Virus record (IMG/VR): IMGVR_UViG_3300029822_001159
Coordinates: 1-28,425 of that record
Strand: one strand, 5' to 3'
DNA length: 28,425 bases
Source of the DNA: a virus
Lineage: Duplodnaviria > Caudoviricetes
A program made the position numbers and the translations under genes. Of the stretch, positions 11,101 through 18,229 are shown piece after piece (positions within the stretch are counted from its first letter, which is position 1; the number at the start of each line of letters is the position of its first letter). The notes beneath the pieces were generated by a model. That model was not told the DNA's origin. It saw only the letters and a list, made by a program, of their open reading frames with translations, and did no database searches.

Positions 11101-11654
11101 GAATGACTTACATTAATACCAAGTACAACAACCAAAACGACAACTACTCCTTCTGCTGGATTGTTGCACCTGAAGGTATTCTGCAGAATATAAAAATGCA
11201 TGAGGATAAAGAAAAAATCTATGTGGTTAAGGCTGATGAAAATGAACAGGATGTTTTCGAATGGTTGGGAGAGTATTACAAGACTCAGGTTTCCGATGGA
11301 GAGTATCCTTTAAAGTTTAATGCCGAAATGGATATGAGTATTCCAGAAGAATATTTGAGGAGCAAAGCAGATGAACTGCCTGATATTCAGGATTTAACAA
11401 TAACCATTATGGGTGTTGAAAAGGGAAAAGCAGAAGAGGTAGCTGCTGAAATGCTGGGGAAGGCATATCCTCTATTTGTAAATGAAAGTAACTGGCTTGG
11501 TATTAACGGAAATATGAGTATAAAGGAAAGAGAAACTCTTACTTCAGGAGTAGATTTAAGAAAATATATCGGGCATGATGTCCTGATTAAAGAAATTATT
11601 ACAGCTAAGAATACTCAAACTGTAATAAAAGTAACTGCTGATATTAAAGGATAG
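8154..11654 (+). CDS. Single-subunit two-barrel RNA polymerase, YonO-like / eukaryotic RdRP (QDE-1) superfamily
   Basis: Ordered motifs FDGMGVVS (~9150), YQLRLPAIKG (~9231), TRNP (~10017), LGGNDKDGD (DKDGD at 10161-10175), TGVITD and QGKMIDASKSG match the cellular RdRP/YonO motif series. Confidence 0.82.
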   Translation: MVKKRQYHIWQYKLEQLTETDGMLMLEFDKNDAVNTNETLMFYILNEKIMGRKFDDTVEYKTDENGNEVRVKKNFIPIITIETGRSRNKEQTAKLEKLLNEGFYTDTEPVGHFVFIDNVLSGSQNKECRQIFVLEKYLEKLKEHISLGVEPEKCTVSKNLTRNALTTTDVYLIPADMKKLGICIIPDCEVPVYEDVMMVNPYARTPEEEQQYQELMAWIEADKEYYKKIKAVSEAVNASDCTVEKIPKENRKKSTYKTVKQWKEAGRKVKAEELENPKARIYVDTKAKYYALYIEEQTDEIGEEETKEIPITEWSTGLQLATVENHKCIENVFDGMGVVSKELGEKFKSFIKTDYSITGYQLRLPAIKGFFPVVDFKAYYKKHNIDFITDMWGQAHRVDEIDILTTESTFKAKLNVTGVKEDGSEKKEWLFKSIDEYKELLVKYGYDAIGVSNFAKPVEEEFRRATYQLWLALNIQKLDLLALSNVQGDIIHKVLSIYRKGEIDWQDIKYIETFLNLIQKENSDTNLAKECADAIKAIHINKKMVFDRKVIQTIKDVINKKLDDMCMGRFYANGKYLYVTQDILAFLRYAEAENREQWEYSGFLGKKQFYCGGKIIGRNLLTRNPIMSYSEIAKVDFIDYQREDSEFIKHLDNIIQMPLGTEPDRLGGNDKDGDELFVLSTDYNLKHTNIEYLQNYNFIVKKEDSKHFNKNLLDVINESLQEHFNTRFPDKVVVTIEDYVVPSLVQVNDEDKATAPSKEWNKENVIQFIIDSEDKTGVITDINTAIENVANEEADLPKYALPIAIMKDLQGKMIDASKSGLFDQVVVPEVIKLKFRKKPQFMYYKDGNEFNKDYDTKSAMDFFADRMKQFKEYVNRVMREDINKKIKAQCFENIYNYLMNPELDGEVVQKVIEALDDIYSRFIQENRTLAILKSRINPYSSDDRYKREREIVDQKFKDLYGKTRMDAEKICSCPSLLATAAVRMTYINTKYNNQNDNYSFCWIVAPEGILQNIKMHEDKEKIYVVKADENEQDVFEWLGEYYKTQVSDGEYPLKFNAEMDMSIPEEYLRSKADELPDIQDLTITIMGVEKGKAEEVAAEMLGKAYPLFVNESNWLGINGNMSIKERETLTSGVDLRKYIGHDVLIKEIITAKNTQTVIKVTADIKG

Positions 11655-11749
11655 TTATATCGCCAGCGAAGCTGGCGTAGGGCGGACAATGCCGAAATAA
11701 TGGCTTGCTCGCAAACTATTATAAAAATATCAAGGAGGTCATGAGCATC

Positions 11750-11938
11750 ATGAAAAATGATACAATTGTAATAACGCAGGAAAGAATGGCTGGATGGCTT
11801 ATGTTTAATAGATTTCATAAATTTGATGAAAAGCCAGACTTAAAGGATTCAAAAAGAAAAATATTCATCTTTAAGGATTCCCCCAGACTGCGTGAAACTA
11901 TGGAGAAATATAATCATTTCAAAGAAATCATAAGCTAA
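11750..11938 (+). CDS. Small phage protein, DUF5659-like
   Basis: ITQERMAGWLMFNRF...KIFIFKDSPRLRETMEKY pattern. AGGAGG at 11733-11738 supports an ATG start at 11750 (or 11741) rather than 11705. Confidence 0.65.
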   Translation: MKNDTIVITQERMAGWLMFNRFHKFDEKPDLKDSKRKIFIFKDSPRLRETMEKYNHFKEIIS

Positions 11939-11962
11939 TGGTAAAGTTGGTGAGCAGAACAT

Positions 11963-14062
11963 ATGGAGAGCATGAACATTAAGGATTTAGTCATACCAAA
12001 AGCTGGCTATAAAACTCATGTTAATGAAATTATAAAGAATTTCAAGAAAGTAATTAATAGAGATATTCCTAGACGTCAAGAAGAGAACTTAAAAAAGCTT
12101 GCCAGTCTATTCTTGAATGATGTGAAGATTGATAAGCCAATTGTAGTCAATCTTGATATTGGTCAAGGTAAATCAACTTTATTATTGGAATTTATAAAAT
12201 ATATTTATGAAATAGACAGCACATTTACAACCGTTATAGTTAAAAGAACACTTCAAGAAGGAAGAGATTTTTGTATTGAAACTGGATTAAAAAACAAAGA
12301 AGCTGAAAGAGATCTTGCAGAATGGTGTGTTGATATCAGAAAACAACTTGAGGATATATATTATGGGGATATAGATGATTTAAAGGATTCTGGTCATGCT
12401 GAGGTGCTTCCAGATGAAGATGCTTTTATTGCAAGATTACTCCGAGGATTCAACTATAAAGATTGCATGAAATGGGAAGATCCTAAAAAGGTTGAGAAAT
12501 ATATAGGCAAACTTCCTGACTATTACAGGGATTATTCACCGGTTTTGTGTATGAATTGCGAAAGAATATGTGGTGCTAAATTGAGCAGATGGACTGCTGA
12601 TAAACACCCTGCATTAGTAATAACTCATCAAAGACTATTTCTTAGCAATGATATGGATAACATTGCCGAAAGTATATCGGGTAGAAAGGTTCTTATTATT
12701 GATGAAAAAATTGAAACAAAGGATATAGGAGATGTACTTCTTGAACAATGGAAAACTATATTTGCAAAATTGGAATCATCTAATTTGAATGATGAACTCA
12801 AGAAGGAGCTAAATCAAATAGATAAGCACCTTGTTAACTTACAGTATCCTTCAAAATCCGATGGTACTATAGTACGTATAGATGCATTTAACATGAATTA
12901 TAAGTTTAATTTCCAAATATATGCTTTATTGATGGAAGATTACGACAATATTAAGAACTTAATTGCGGTAGAGAAGTTTCTGAATTATGGAGGTACGGCA
13001 AGCAGGAGTTGGCATAAAAATGATAAAGAACAGTTCAGCTATATAAGGTATATCAACCTTGAAAACTATACAAGACATTTTGAAAAAACCATTATTCTTG
13101 ATGCGACAAGTGCAAGAAATGGTGAAATTTTGGATGAAGATTATAAAAAGAGTAATGTCGTGTTTCTAGATGGGCTGAACCAAACGGCTCAAGGAAAAGT
13201 TAACCTTTATTATAGTTCACAAAGGACAGCCAAAAGTTCTTTGATAGTTAGTTCCAATATTAAGACCGATAAAGAAAAGAAACAGTACAGGAAAGGAGAT
13301 AGAGAGTTCTACCAGTTAAATCTTGAGTTAATATCACACGAAATTCAAGATATAATAACTTCCAACAATGAAAAAACATTAATTATTTGCTACAAATTAA
13401 TATTGGATAGATACGGGAATGAATTCAAATTTGAAGATGATTTGAAGAAAATGATGAAAAATTTTGATTTAGATACAAAGCTTTATACAATCAGGCATTT
13501 TGGAGCATCAACCACAGGTGTGAATGATTTTAGAACGTATAAAAATATTATATTTGTTGGAATGTTAAATAAAGGTAAATTGTATTATACCAATAAGACA
13601 TTAGCCATAGGTAGCGGTAATCCCGATGTAACTGCACTCAGTGAATATATTATTGACAGTATACAGCAAATTGGTAGAATTTGCGTTAGACAAGGTGAAG
13701 ATGCAAATGTCTACATGTTATTTGAAGATAGCATTGGTCTGACTCAAGAGATGACTAAGCATTATTCATTAAAGAAGATGGAGTGGATACCAAAATATTT
13801 TAATGGAATTGAAAATGCAACTGTATCGAAAAAAGGGTCTTGCTGGTATGCAATTATTAGTGAACTTAAAAAAATGAATGAAGGTGATTTGTTGAGTTTG
13901 AATGATTTGCAGGATGCTTTAAAACCTAAATTTAAGGCAGATACAGTATATAGAGGAGTAGGACATCTTCAAGTTGAAAACTATATAGTTTCAAATTCAA
14001 TTACCTATAATAGAATGGAGAAGTGTTTTAAGAAAAAATTACCAAAGGTAGAAAAAGAATAA
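11963..14062 (+). CDS. Divergent SF2 helicase-like protein with a four-cysteine cluster (putative replication or transcription helicase)
   Basis: Walker A DIGQGKST, VITHQRL, Walker B LIIDEK, motif III LDATS, motif V-like TTGVNDF, motif VI QQIGR. Cysteines in YKDC...LCMNCERIC. Confidence 0.7.
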   Translation: MESMNIKDLVIPKAGYKTHVNEIIKNFKKVINRDIPRRQEENLKKLASLFLNDVKIDKPIVVNLDIGQGKSTLLLEFIKYIYEIDSTFTTVIVKRTLQEGRDFCIETGLKNKEAERDLAEWCVDIRKQLEDIYYGDIDDLKDSGHAEVLPDEDAFIARLLRGFNYKDCMKWEDPKKVEKYIGKLPDYYRDYSPVLCMNCERICGAKLSRWTADKHPALVITHQRLFLSNDMDNIAESISGRKVLIIDEKIETKDIGDVLLEQWKTIFAKLESSNLNDELKKELNQIDKHLVNLQYPSKSDGTIVRIDAFNMNYKFNFQIYALLMEDYDNIKNLIAVEKFLNYGGTASRSWHKNDKEQFSYIRYINLENYTRHFEKTIILDATSARNGEILDEDYKKSNVVFLDGLNQTAQGKVNLYYSSQRTAKSSLIVSSNIKTDKEKKQYRKGDREFYQLNLELISHEIQDIITSNNEKTLIICYKLILDRYGNEFKFEDDLKKMMKNFDLDTKLYTIRHFGASTTGVNDFRTYKNIIFVGMLNKGKLYYTNKTLAIGSGNPDVTALSEYIIDSIQQIGRICVRQGEDANVYMLFEDSIGLTQEMTKHYSLKKMEWIPKYFNGIENATVSKKGSCWYAIISELKKMNEGDLLSLNDLQDALKPKFKADTVYRGVGHLQVENYIVSNSITYNRMEKCFKKKLPKVEKE

Positions 14063-14286
14063 ATGCGTGTAAATGTTGGTATTAAGCCGTTTGAGGTAAT
14101 TATAATGGATGAGATGCTTTTTTATTATTACATTTCGTCCGAGCAATAAGGCTAAAACTCAACAAAATAAGGAGTTACAGTGAATATAACCAGAATGATT
14201 AGCGGTAAAAAAATATTTTGCGCTTTGAGGGGGTGTGGGGGTGGTGAAGCGCAGAAAAATTTTTTGACGTAAGGAAGAAAATTTAT

Positions 14287-14775
14287 TTGCAGCACCCCCA
14301 TGTAGAACTGTTTGGAGATGATAATTTGAATAACACAGAGGTTTTATATTTGAAAGAATTATGTTCCCAATTCAGAAATGCAATAATATCATATGGAATA
14401 AAAAACCTTCCTATTACATTTCATGAGTTTCCTATGGGTTCATGTGGTGATGCATCCCTGCTGGTAGGTAAATACCTTGATGAAATGGGACTTGGAAAAT
14501 TTGATTATGTCAGTGGTCAACTCGGAAGGCAAAGCCATGCTTGGCTTGAGAAGGACGGAATTATTGTTGATATTACTGCCGACCAGTTTGATGGTGCTGC
14601 TGAAGAGATAATTGTTACTGATAATAATGATTTCCATAAACAATTTGAGGAGAAATCAAGACGGCTTTATATTGATAGCTTTGGTAATGGTGACTTTGTT
14701 GATATTGAATTGCTGCCAGCATATTATAAAATTAGTGGCTGCATAGATGATAAATATAAACCAGCTTTAAAATGA
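14287..14775 (+). CDS. Hypothetical protein with papain/transglutaminase-like Cys-His-Asp triad
   Basis: FPMGSCGDAS, SHAWLE and VDITADQF motifs. RBS positions suggest the real start is TTG 14326 or 14350. Confidence 0.6.
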   Translation: MQHPHVELFGDDNLNNTEVLYLKELCSQFRNAIISYGIKNLPITFHEFPMGSCGDASLLVGKYLDEMGLGKFDYVSGQLGRQSHAWLEKDGIIVDITADQFDGAAEEIIVTDNNDFHKQFEEKSRRLYIDSFGNGDFVDIELLPAYYKISGCIDDKYKPALK

Positions 14776-14859
14776 TATCTTATTAATGTTATAAGGGTTA
14801 CCCAACGCCCACGAAGTGGGCATTGAGTGGAAAAAGAAAAAAGTATATAAGGTGAATAT

Positions 14860-14895
14860 AACTGTTTATTCAAATTAAGAATAGGCAGTTTTTTT
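14860..14895 (+). terminator. Rho-independent terminator
   Basis: AACTGTTTATT...AATAGGCAGTT stem followed by a T-run. Confidence 0.6.
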
Positions 14896-14926
14896 ATGCC
14901 AATTTTAAAGGGAGGATTAAACTACT

Positions 14927-16177
14927 GTGGAATTTAAAAAGATAAAAATAACAGATTTAAAACATGCTGATTACAATCCCAGAGTTGATTTGAAGCCTGG
15001 GGACAAAGAATTTGAGAAAATAAAAGGTAGCATTACTGAATTTGGATATGTTGAGCCGATTATTGTAAACAGTGATATGACAATCATCGGAGGACATCAA
15101 CGCAGCAAGGTATTAAAGGAACTCGGTTATACCGAGATTGATTGTGTTGTAATTGAGGTCGATAAAACTAAAGAAAAGGCATTAAATATTGCACTCAATA
15201 AAATTACAGGTGAATGGGATTTGTCTGCATTGGCTCATTTGTTGGATGAACTGAAAACCGAGAATTACAATATTGAGCTTACTGGTGTTGATTTTGCAGA
15301 AGCTGAAAAACTATGGGATGAATATATGCCCAAAGATGAACAAGAAGAGGAAGAAGAAATCCCTCAAGTCCCTGAAGAGCCAGTTATTCAATTGGGAGAT
15401 ATTATTCTACTTGGTAAACACAGAGTGATATGTGGTGACGCAACCAAGAGTGAAGATTTGATTCAACTTATGGATGAAAAAAAGGCAAAACTGACGGTTA
15501 CCGATCCTCCTTATGGGATAGCCTATGTCGGGAAAACAGAGGATGCTTTAACAATTCAAAATGATAATCTTAATGATGAAGAGTTTTATAATTTCCTGCT
15601 TGAAGCGTTTAAGAGGGTTTATGAAATATCCGATGATGGAGCAAGCATTTATATATTCCATGCTGATGCAAAGGGATTAATTTTCAGGAAAGCATTTGTT
15701 GATTCAGGCTTCAAGCATTCACAATGCTGTATATGGGTTAAGAATACCTTTGTTATGGGAAGGCAGCCGTATCAATGGCAGCATGAACCTGCCCTATTTG
15801 GATGGAAACCTACAGGGGCACATTATTGGAATGGTGACAGGAAGCAGAGTACCATATGGAACTTTGATAAGCCGAGGGTAAATGATGTGCATCCGACAAT
15901 GAAACCGATTTCGCTTATTGAATATATCATAAAAAACTCAAGCAAATATGGCGATATTGTTGTAGATACTTTCCTTGGCAGTGGGACTACTATACTTGCA
16001 GCAGATAAAGCTGATAGAATTTGCTATGGCTCAGAGCTTGATCCGAAGTACTGTCAGGTTATTGTTGAACGTTGGATTAATTATAAAGATGGAATCAATG
16101 GCGATGCTATTATTATTGAAAGGGATGGACAGCAATATAAATATTCGGACTTAAAACGTGAGCAAGTGGCGGTCTGA
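14927..16177 (+). CDS. Phage ParB-N domain / N6-N4 DNA methyltransferase fusion
   Basis: ParB-like YNPR...EFGYVEPIIVN...IIGGHQR; MTase motifs TDPPY, HPTMKP and DTFLGSGTT. GGAGG RBS. Confidence 0.92.
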   Translation: MEFKKIKITDLKHADYNPRVDLKPGDKEFEKIKGSITEFGYVEPIIVNSDMTIIGGHQRSKVLKELGYTEIDCVVIEVDKTKEKALNIALNKITGEWDLSALAHLLDELKTENYNIELTGVDFAEAEKLWDEYMPKDEQEEEEEIPQVPEEPVIQLGDIILLGKHRVICGDATKSEDLIQLMDEKKAKLTVTDPPYGIAYVGKTEDALTIQNDNLNDEEFYNFLLEAFKRVYEISDDGASIYIFHADAKGLIFRKAFVDSGFKHSQCCIWVKNTFVMGRQPYQWQHEPALFGWKPTGAHYWNGDRKQSTIWNFDKPRVNDVHPTMKPISLIEYIIKNSSKYGDIVVDTFLGSGTTILAADKADRICYGSELDPKYCQVIVERWINYKDGINGDAIIIERDGQQYKYSDLKREQVAV

Positions 16178-16251
16178 TATCATGAGAAATTATTATTATT
16201 TGTATGACCGATTCTAGCTCAATTTATTCTGCCGAAAACCCTTTATTTGAC

Positions 16252-16294
16252 TTGATTTAATGTGCTTTCAGAGTGATTAATGTAGTACACCAAA
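16252..16294 (+). promoter_or_regulatory. Promoter-like motif, copy A
   Basis: TTGATTT-N11-AGAG-TGAT-TAATGT...ACCAAA upstream of the GGAGG RBS. Confidence 0.55.
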
Positions 16295-16316
16295 ATCAAG
16301 AAATGGAGGGTTTTTT

Positions 16317-17081
16317 ATGGACAGAAAAGAAATCGTTAAGGCTTTAGGAGAACACTTTGGAGTAAAGCCAAAGTATATGGGAGTGCCGAGTTTTGCTTAT
16401 CAGATTGAAACAGCAGAAGAAACTTTTACAGTTGACCGAGCAGGAAAGATTACCACCTCGAAAGGCAAAGAAGTGGAACTTGAAACATTACTGAACGCAA
16501 CAAATGTAGAGGAAACAATCGAACCTCCAGCCCTAGAAAATATAAGCATTGAAGTAGCAGTTCCGATGGAAGGTCATACAGGCATAACCTTACGAAATCT
16601 GGTTAATATGATTTACAGCAAACAGGCTCTTGTCAAAAAATCACTTGGCATTGCAATAAATATTATTGAGGATGATTTTTGCAAAAGCATCAATGAAGCC
16701 AAAACGGAAACCTTAGAGGATTTTAAAATAGCCATAGAGAGTATAGGTACAAACAAATGCCCAGGTATAGGGTTTGAATTCAACAATTGCACCATTACCT
16801 TTAAATTTTTAGAAAGCGATGCAAGTCCTGAAAAGGTAAAAGCCTATACTCATTTTGTAGCATTATTGAATCATGGTTCAAAAACCTTAAAGCATGCTTT
16901 AGCTAAAGCCAAGGATACGGATAATGATAAATTTACCTTTAGGGTTTTCCTTGTAAGGCTTGGTATGGTGGGGGATGAGTATAAGATGGCAAGGAAAGTA
17001 TTGCTTGAAAACTTGGAAGGAAACTCAGCTTTCAGAAGCGGAAGCAAGCCAGAGAAGGTTGTTTCTAAAGACGCTGAATAG
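16317..17081 (+). CDS. Phage 'virulence-related' protein of unknown function
   Basis: KYMGVPSFAYQI, GHTGITLRNLVNMIYSKQ and KFTFRVFLVRLGMVGDEYK...LLENLEGNSAF resemble a family that commonly follows ParB-MTases in Firmicutes prophages. Confidence 0.65.
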   Translation: MDRKEIVKALGEHFGVKPKYMGVPSFAYQIETAEETFTVDRAGKITTSKGKEVELETLLNATNVEETIEPPALENISIEVAVPMEGHTGITLRNLVNMIYSKQALVKKSLGIAINIIEDDFCKSINEAKTETLEDFKIAIESIGTNKCPGIGFEFNNCTITFKFLESDASPEKVKAYTHFVALLNHGSKTLKHALAKAKDTDNDKFTFRVFLVRLGMVGDEYKMARKVLLENLEGNSAFRSGSKPEKVVSKDAE

Positions 17082-17096
17082 AATATGTTTTCCAAT

Positions 17097-17132
17097 ATAT
17101 CGCTTCACGTTGGCTTGTGGGGCGATATTTTT
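17097..17132 (+). terminator. Rho-independent terminator
   Basis: ATATCGCTTCAC-loop-GTGGGGCGATAT followed by TTTT. Confidence 0.7.
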
Positions 17133-17198
17133 ATATTGGTGGGGTAATTGATTGATACAAGGGGTGGAAGGCTTACAGGCAAAGTTATCAAATTCAAC

Positions 17199-17241
17199 TT
17201 TACTTTCAGCGGTAGTAGAGTTAATGTACTACCTAACCAAA
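17199..17241 (+). promoter_or_regulatory. Promoter-like motif, copy B (sigmaA-like)
   Basis: TTTACT-17 nt-TAATGT, with AGAG before the -10 and ACCAAA downstream. Confidence 0.55.
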
Positions 17242-17254
17242 ATAGGAAAGGGGA

Positions 17255-17467
17255 ATGTTGATGATGACAACTGAAAACTTAATAAGGGAAACCTTGAAAG
17301 GATTGCTGGCTACGGCAGTTGAAAAGGTTTGTGTGCTGGGTGAAGAGGATGCTCAAGAGGATTTAAAAAAACTGAGGGAAGTTTATGAGGATCTGATACT
17401 TTTCTGGGGACTGGATGAGGGCTTGATTAATGATTTTGATGAGAATATTGAAATATTAAAGCAATAA
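17255..17467 (+). CDS. Small acidic hypothetical phage protein
   Basis: 70-aa ORF with AGGAAAGGGG RBS, its own promoter-like motif and a downstream terminator. Exact start uncertain. Confidence 0.65.
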   Translation: MLMMTTENLIRETLKGLLATAVEKVCVLGEEDAQEDLKKLREVYEDLILFWGLDEGLINDFDENIEILKQ

Positions 17468-17496
17468 GGAAGGGGCTGATGCTCCTTTTCATTTTT
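17468..17496 (+). terminator. Rho-independent terminator
   Basis: GGAAGGGGC-TGAT-GCTCCTTTT followed by a T-rich tail. Confidence 0.55.
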
Positions 17497-17510
17497 AAGG
17501 AGGTGAGAAC

Positions 17511-18056
17511 TTGGGCAGTAGAAAGGGGATTCCTAATAAAAAAACTCGATATGATTCGGACATATTACCAAGACTGTCGGACATAAAGGAATGGCTGATG
17601 CAGGGAGATACTGTAAGGGAAATTTGCAAGAAACTTGATATATCACCCGACTCTTGGTATCGTTACTGCAAGGGGCATGAAACACTCTCTGAACTTGTAA
17701 CTATGGGCAGGAGCGTGTTATGTAATGAGGTGGAAAAATCATTATTGAAGCTTTGCACTGGTTATGAATATGAAGAACTCAAGACTATTGTTGAAGAGGA
17801 TAAAAATGGGAAAAAGCGTACCAAGATTGAAAAGGTAAAACGTCATCAGCCACCATCGGCTGTAGCTATCTCGTTTTTCCTCCGTAACCGTATGCCAGAG
17901 GAATGGTCGGAGAAGAAGGAACTTATATTGGATACAAGCCAGAATGAGGAAGCCAGGAAGCAGTTGTTCCTGCAAATGGTGAATGGTGAGTTTGATGCTG
18001 ATGCTGGAGATAGCGATGAAGATTGCCAAGAAGAGCAGCAAAGAACCGATGAGTAA
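17511..18056 (+). CDS. Putative terminase small subunit (N-terminal HTH)
   Basis: HTH (TVREICKKLDISPDSWYRY) and VEKSLLKLCTGYEYEE...PPSAVAISFFLRNRMPEEW pattern. Lies upstream of TerL; AAGGAGGTGA RBS. Confidence 0.72.
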   Translation: MGSRKGIPNKKTRYDSDILPRLSDIKEWLMQGDTVREICKKLDISPDSWYRYCKGHETLSELVTMGRSVLCNEVEKSLLKLCTGYEYEELKTIVEEDKNGKKRTKIEKVKRHQPPSAVAISFFLRNRMPEEWSEKKELILDTSQNEEARKQLFLQMVNGEFDADAGDSDEDCQEEQQRTDE

Positions 18057-18139
18057 TATATTCAATAATCTTATGTCGTCAGTTTTTACCGAGATAAATG
18101 CCGATTTTATATATAAAAATGCCCAGAATAAGCCTGATT

Positions 18140-18167
18140 ACAATGCATAATTAGGATTATGTCTTCA
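18140..18167. other. dif-like tyrosine recombinase core site (11-6-11)
   Basis: ACAATGCATAA-TTAGGA-TTATGTCTTCA. The inner GCATAA-N6-TTATGT matches the inner arms of E. coli dif; the site lies directly upstream of the recombinase. Confidence 0.6.
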
Positions 18168-18168
18168 G

Positions 18169-18209
18169 TTGACTTCGAGGCAGTACAGAGGTAACATGGA
18201 CACACCAAA
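18169..18209 (+). promoter_or_regulatory. Promoter-like motif, copy C (sigmaA-like) for the recombinase
   Basis: TTGACT-17 nt-TAACAT, with AGAG before the -10 and ACCAAA downstream. Confidence 0.6.
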
Positions 18210-18229
18210 TAAAGGAAGGTTGTGTCTAT

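Noticed and set aside
8154-11654. True RNA-dependent polymerase / bacterial RNAi-like system
   Set aside because: No Argonaute- or Dicer-like partner is present, and the characterised phage homologue YonO is DNA-dependent. Template preference cannot be read from sequence.
16317-17081. Genuine virulence factor
   Set aside because: The label is a legacy family name; nothing in the sequence indicates secretion or toxin activity.
8089-18106. Recurring GCCGA(A) in intergenic regions (~8091, 11691, 16231, 18101) as a polymerase promoter
   Set aside because: It is only 5-6 nt with inconsistent flanks and distances to starts, and cannot be distinguished from chance by eye.
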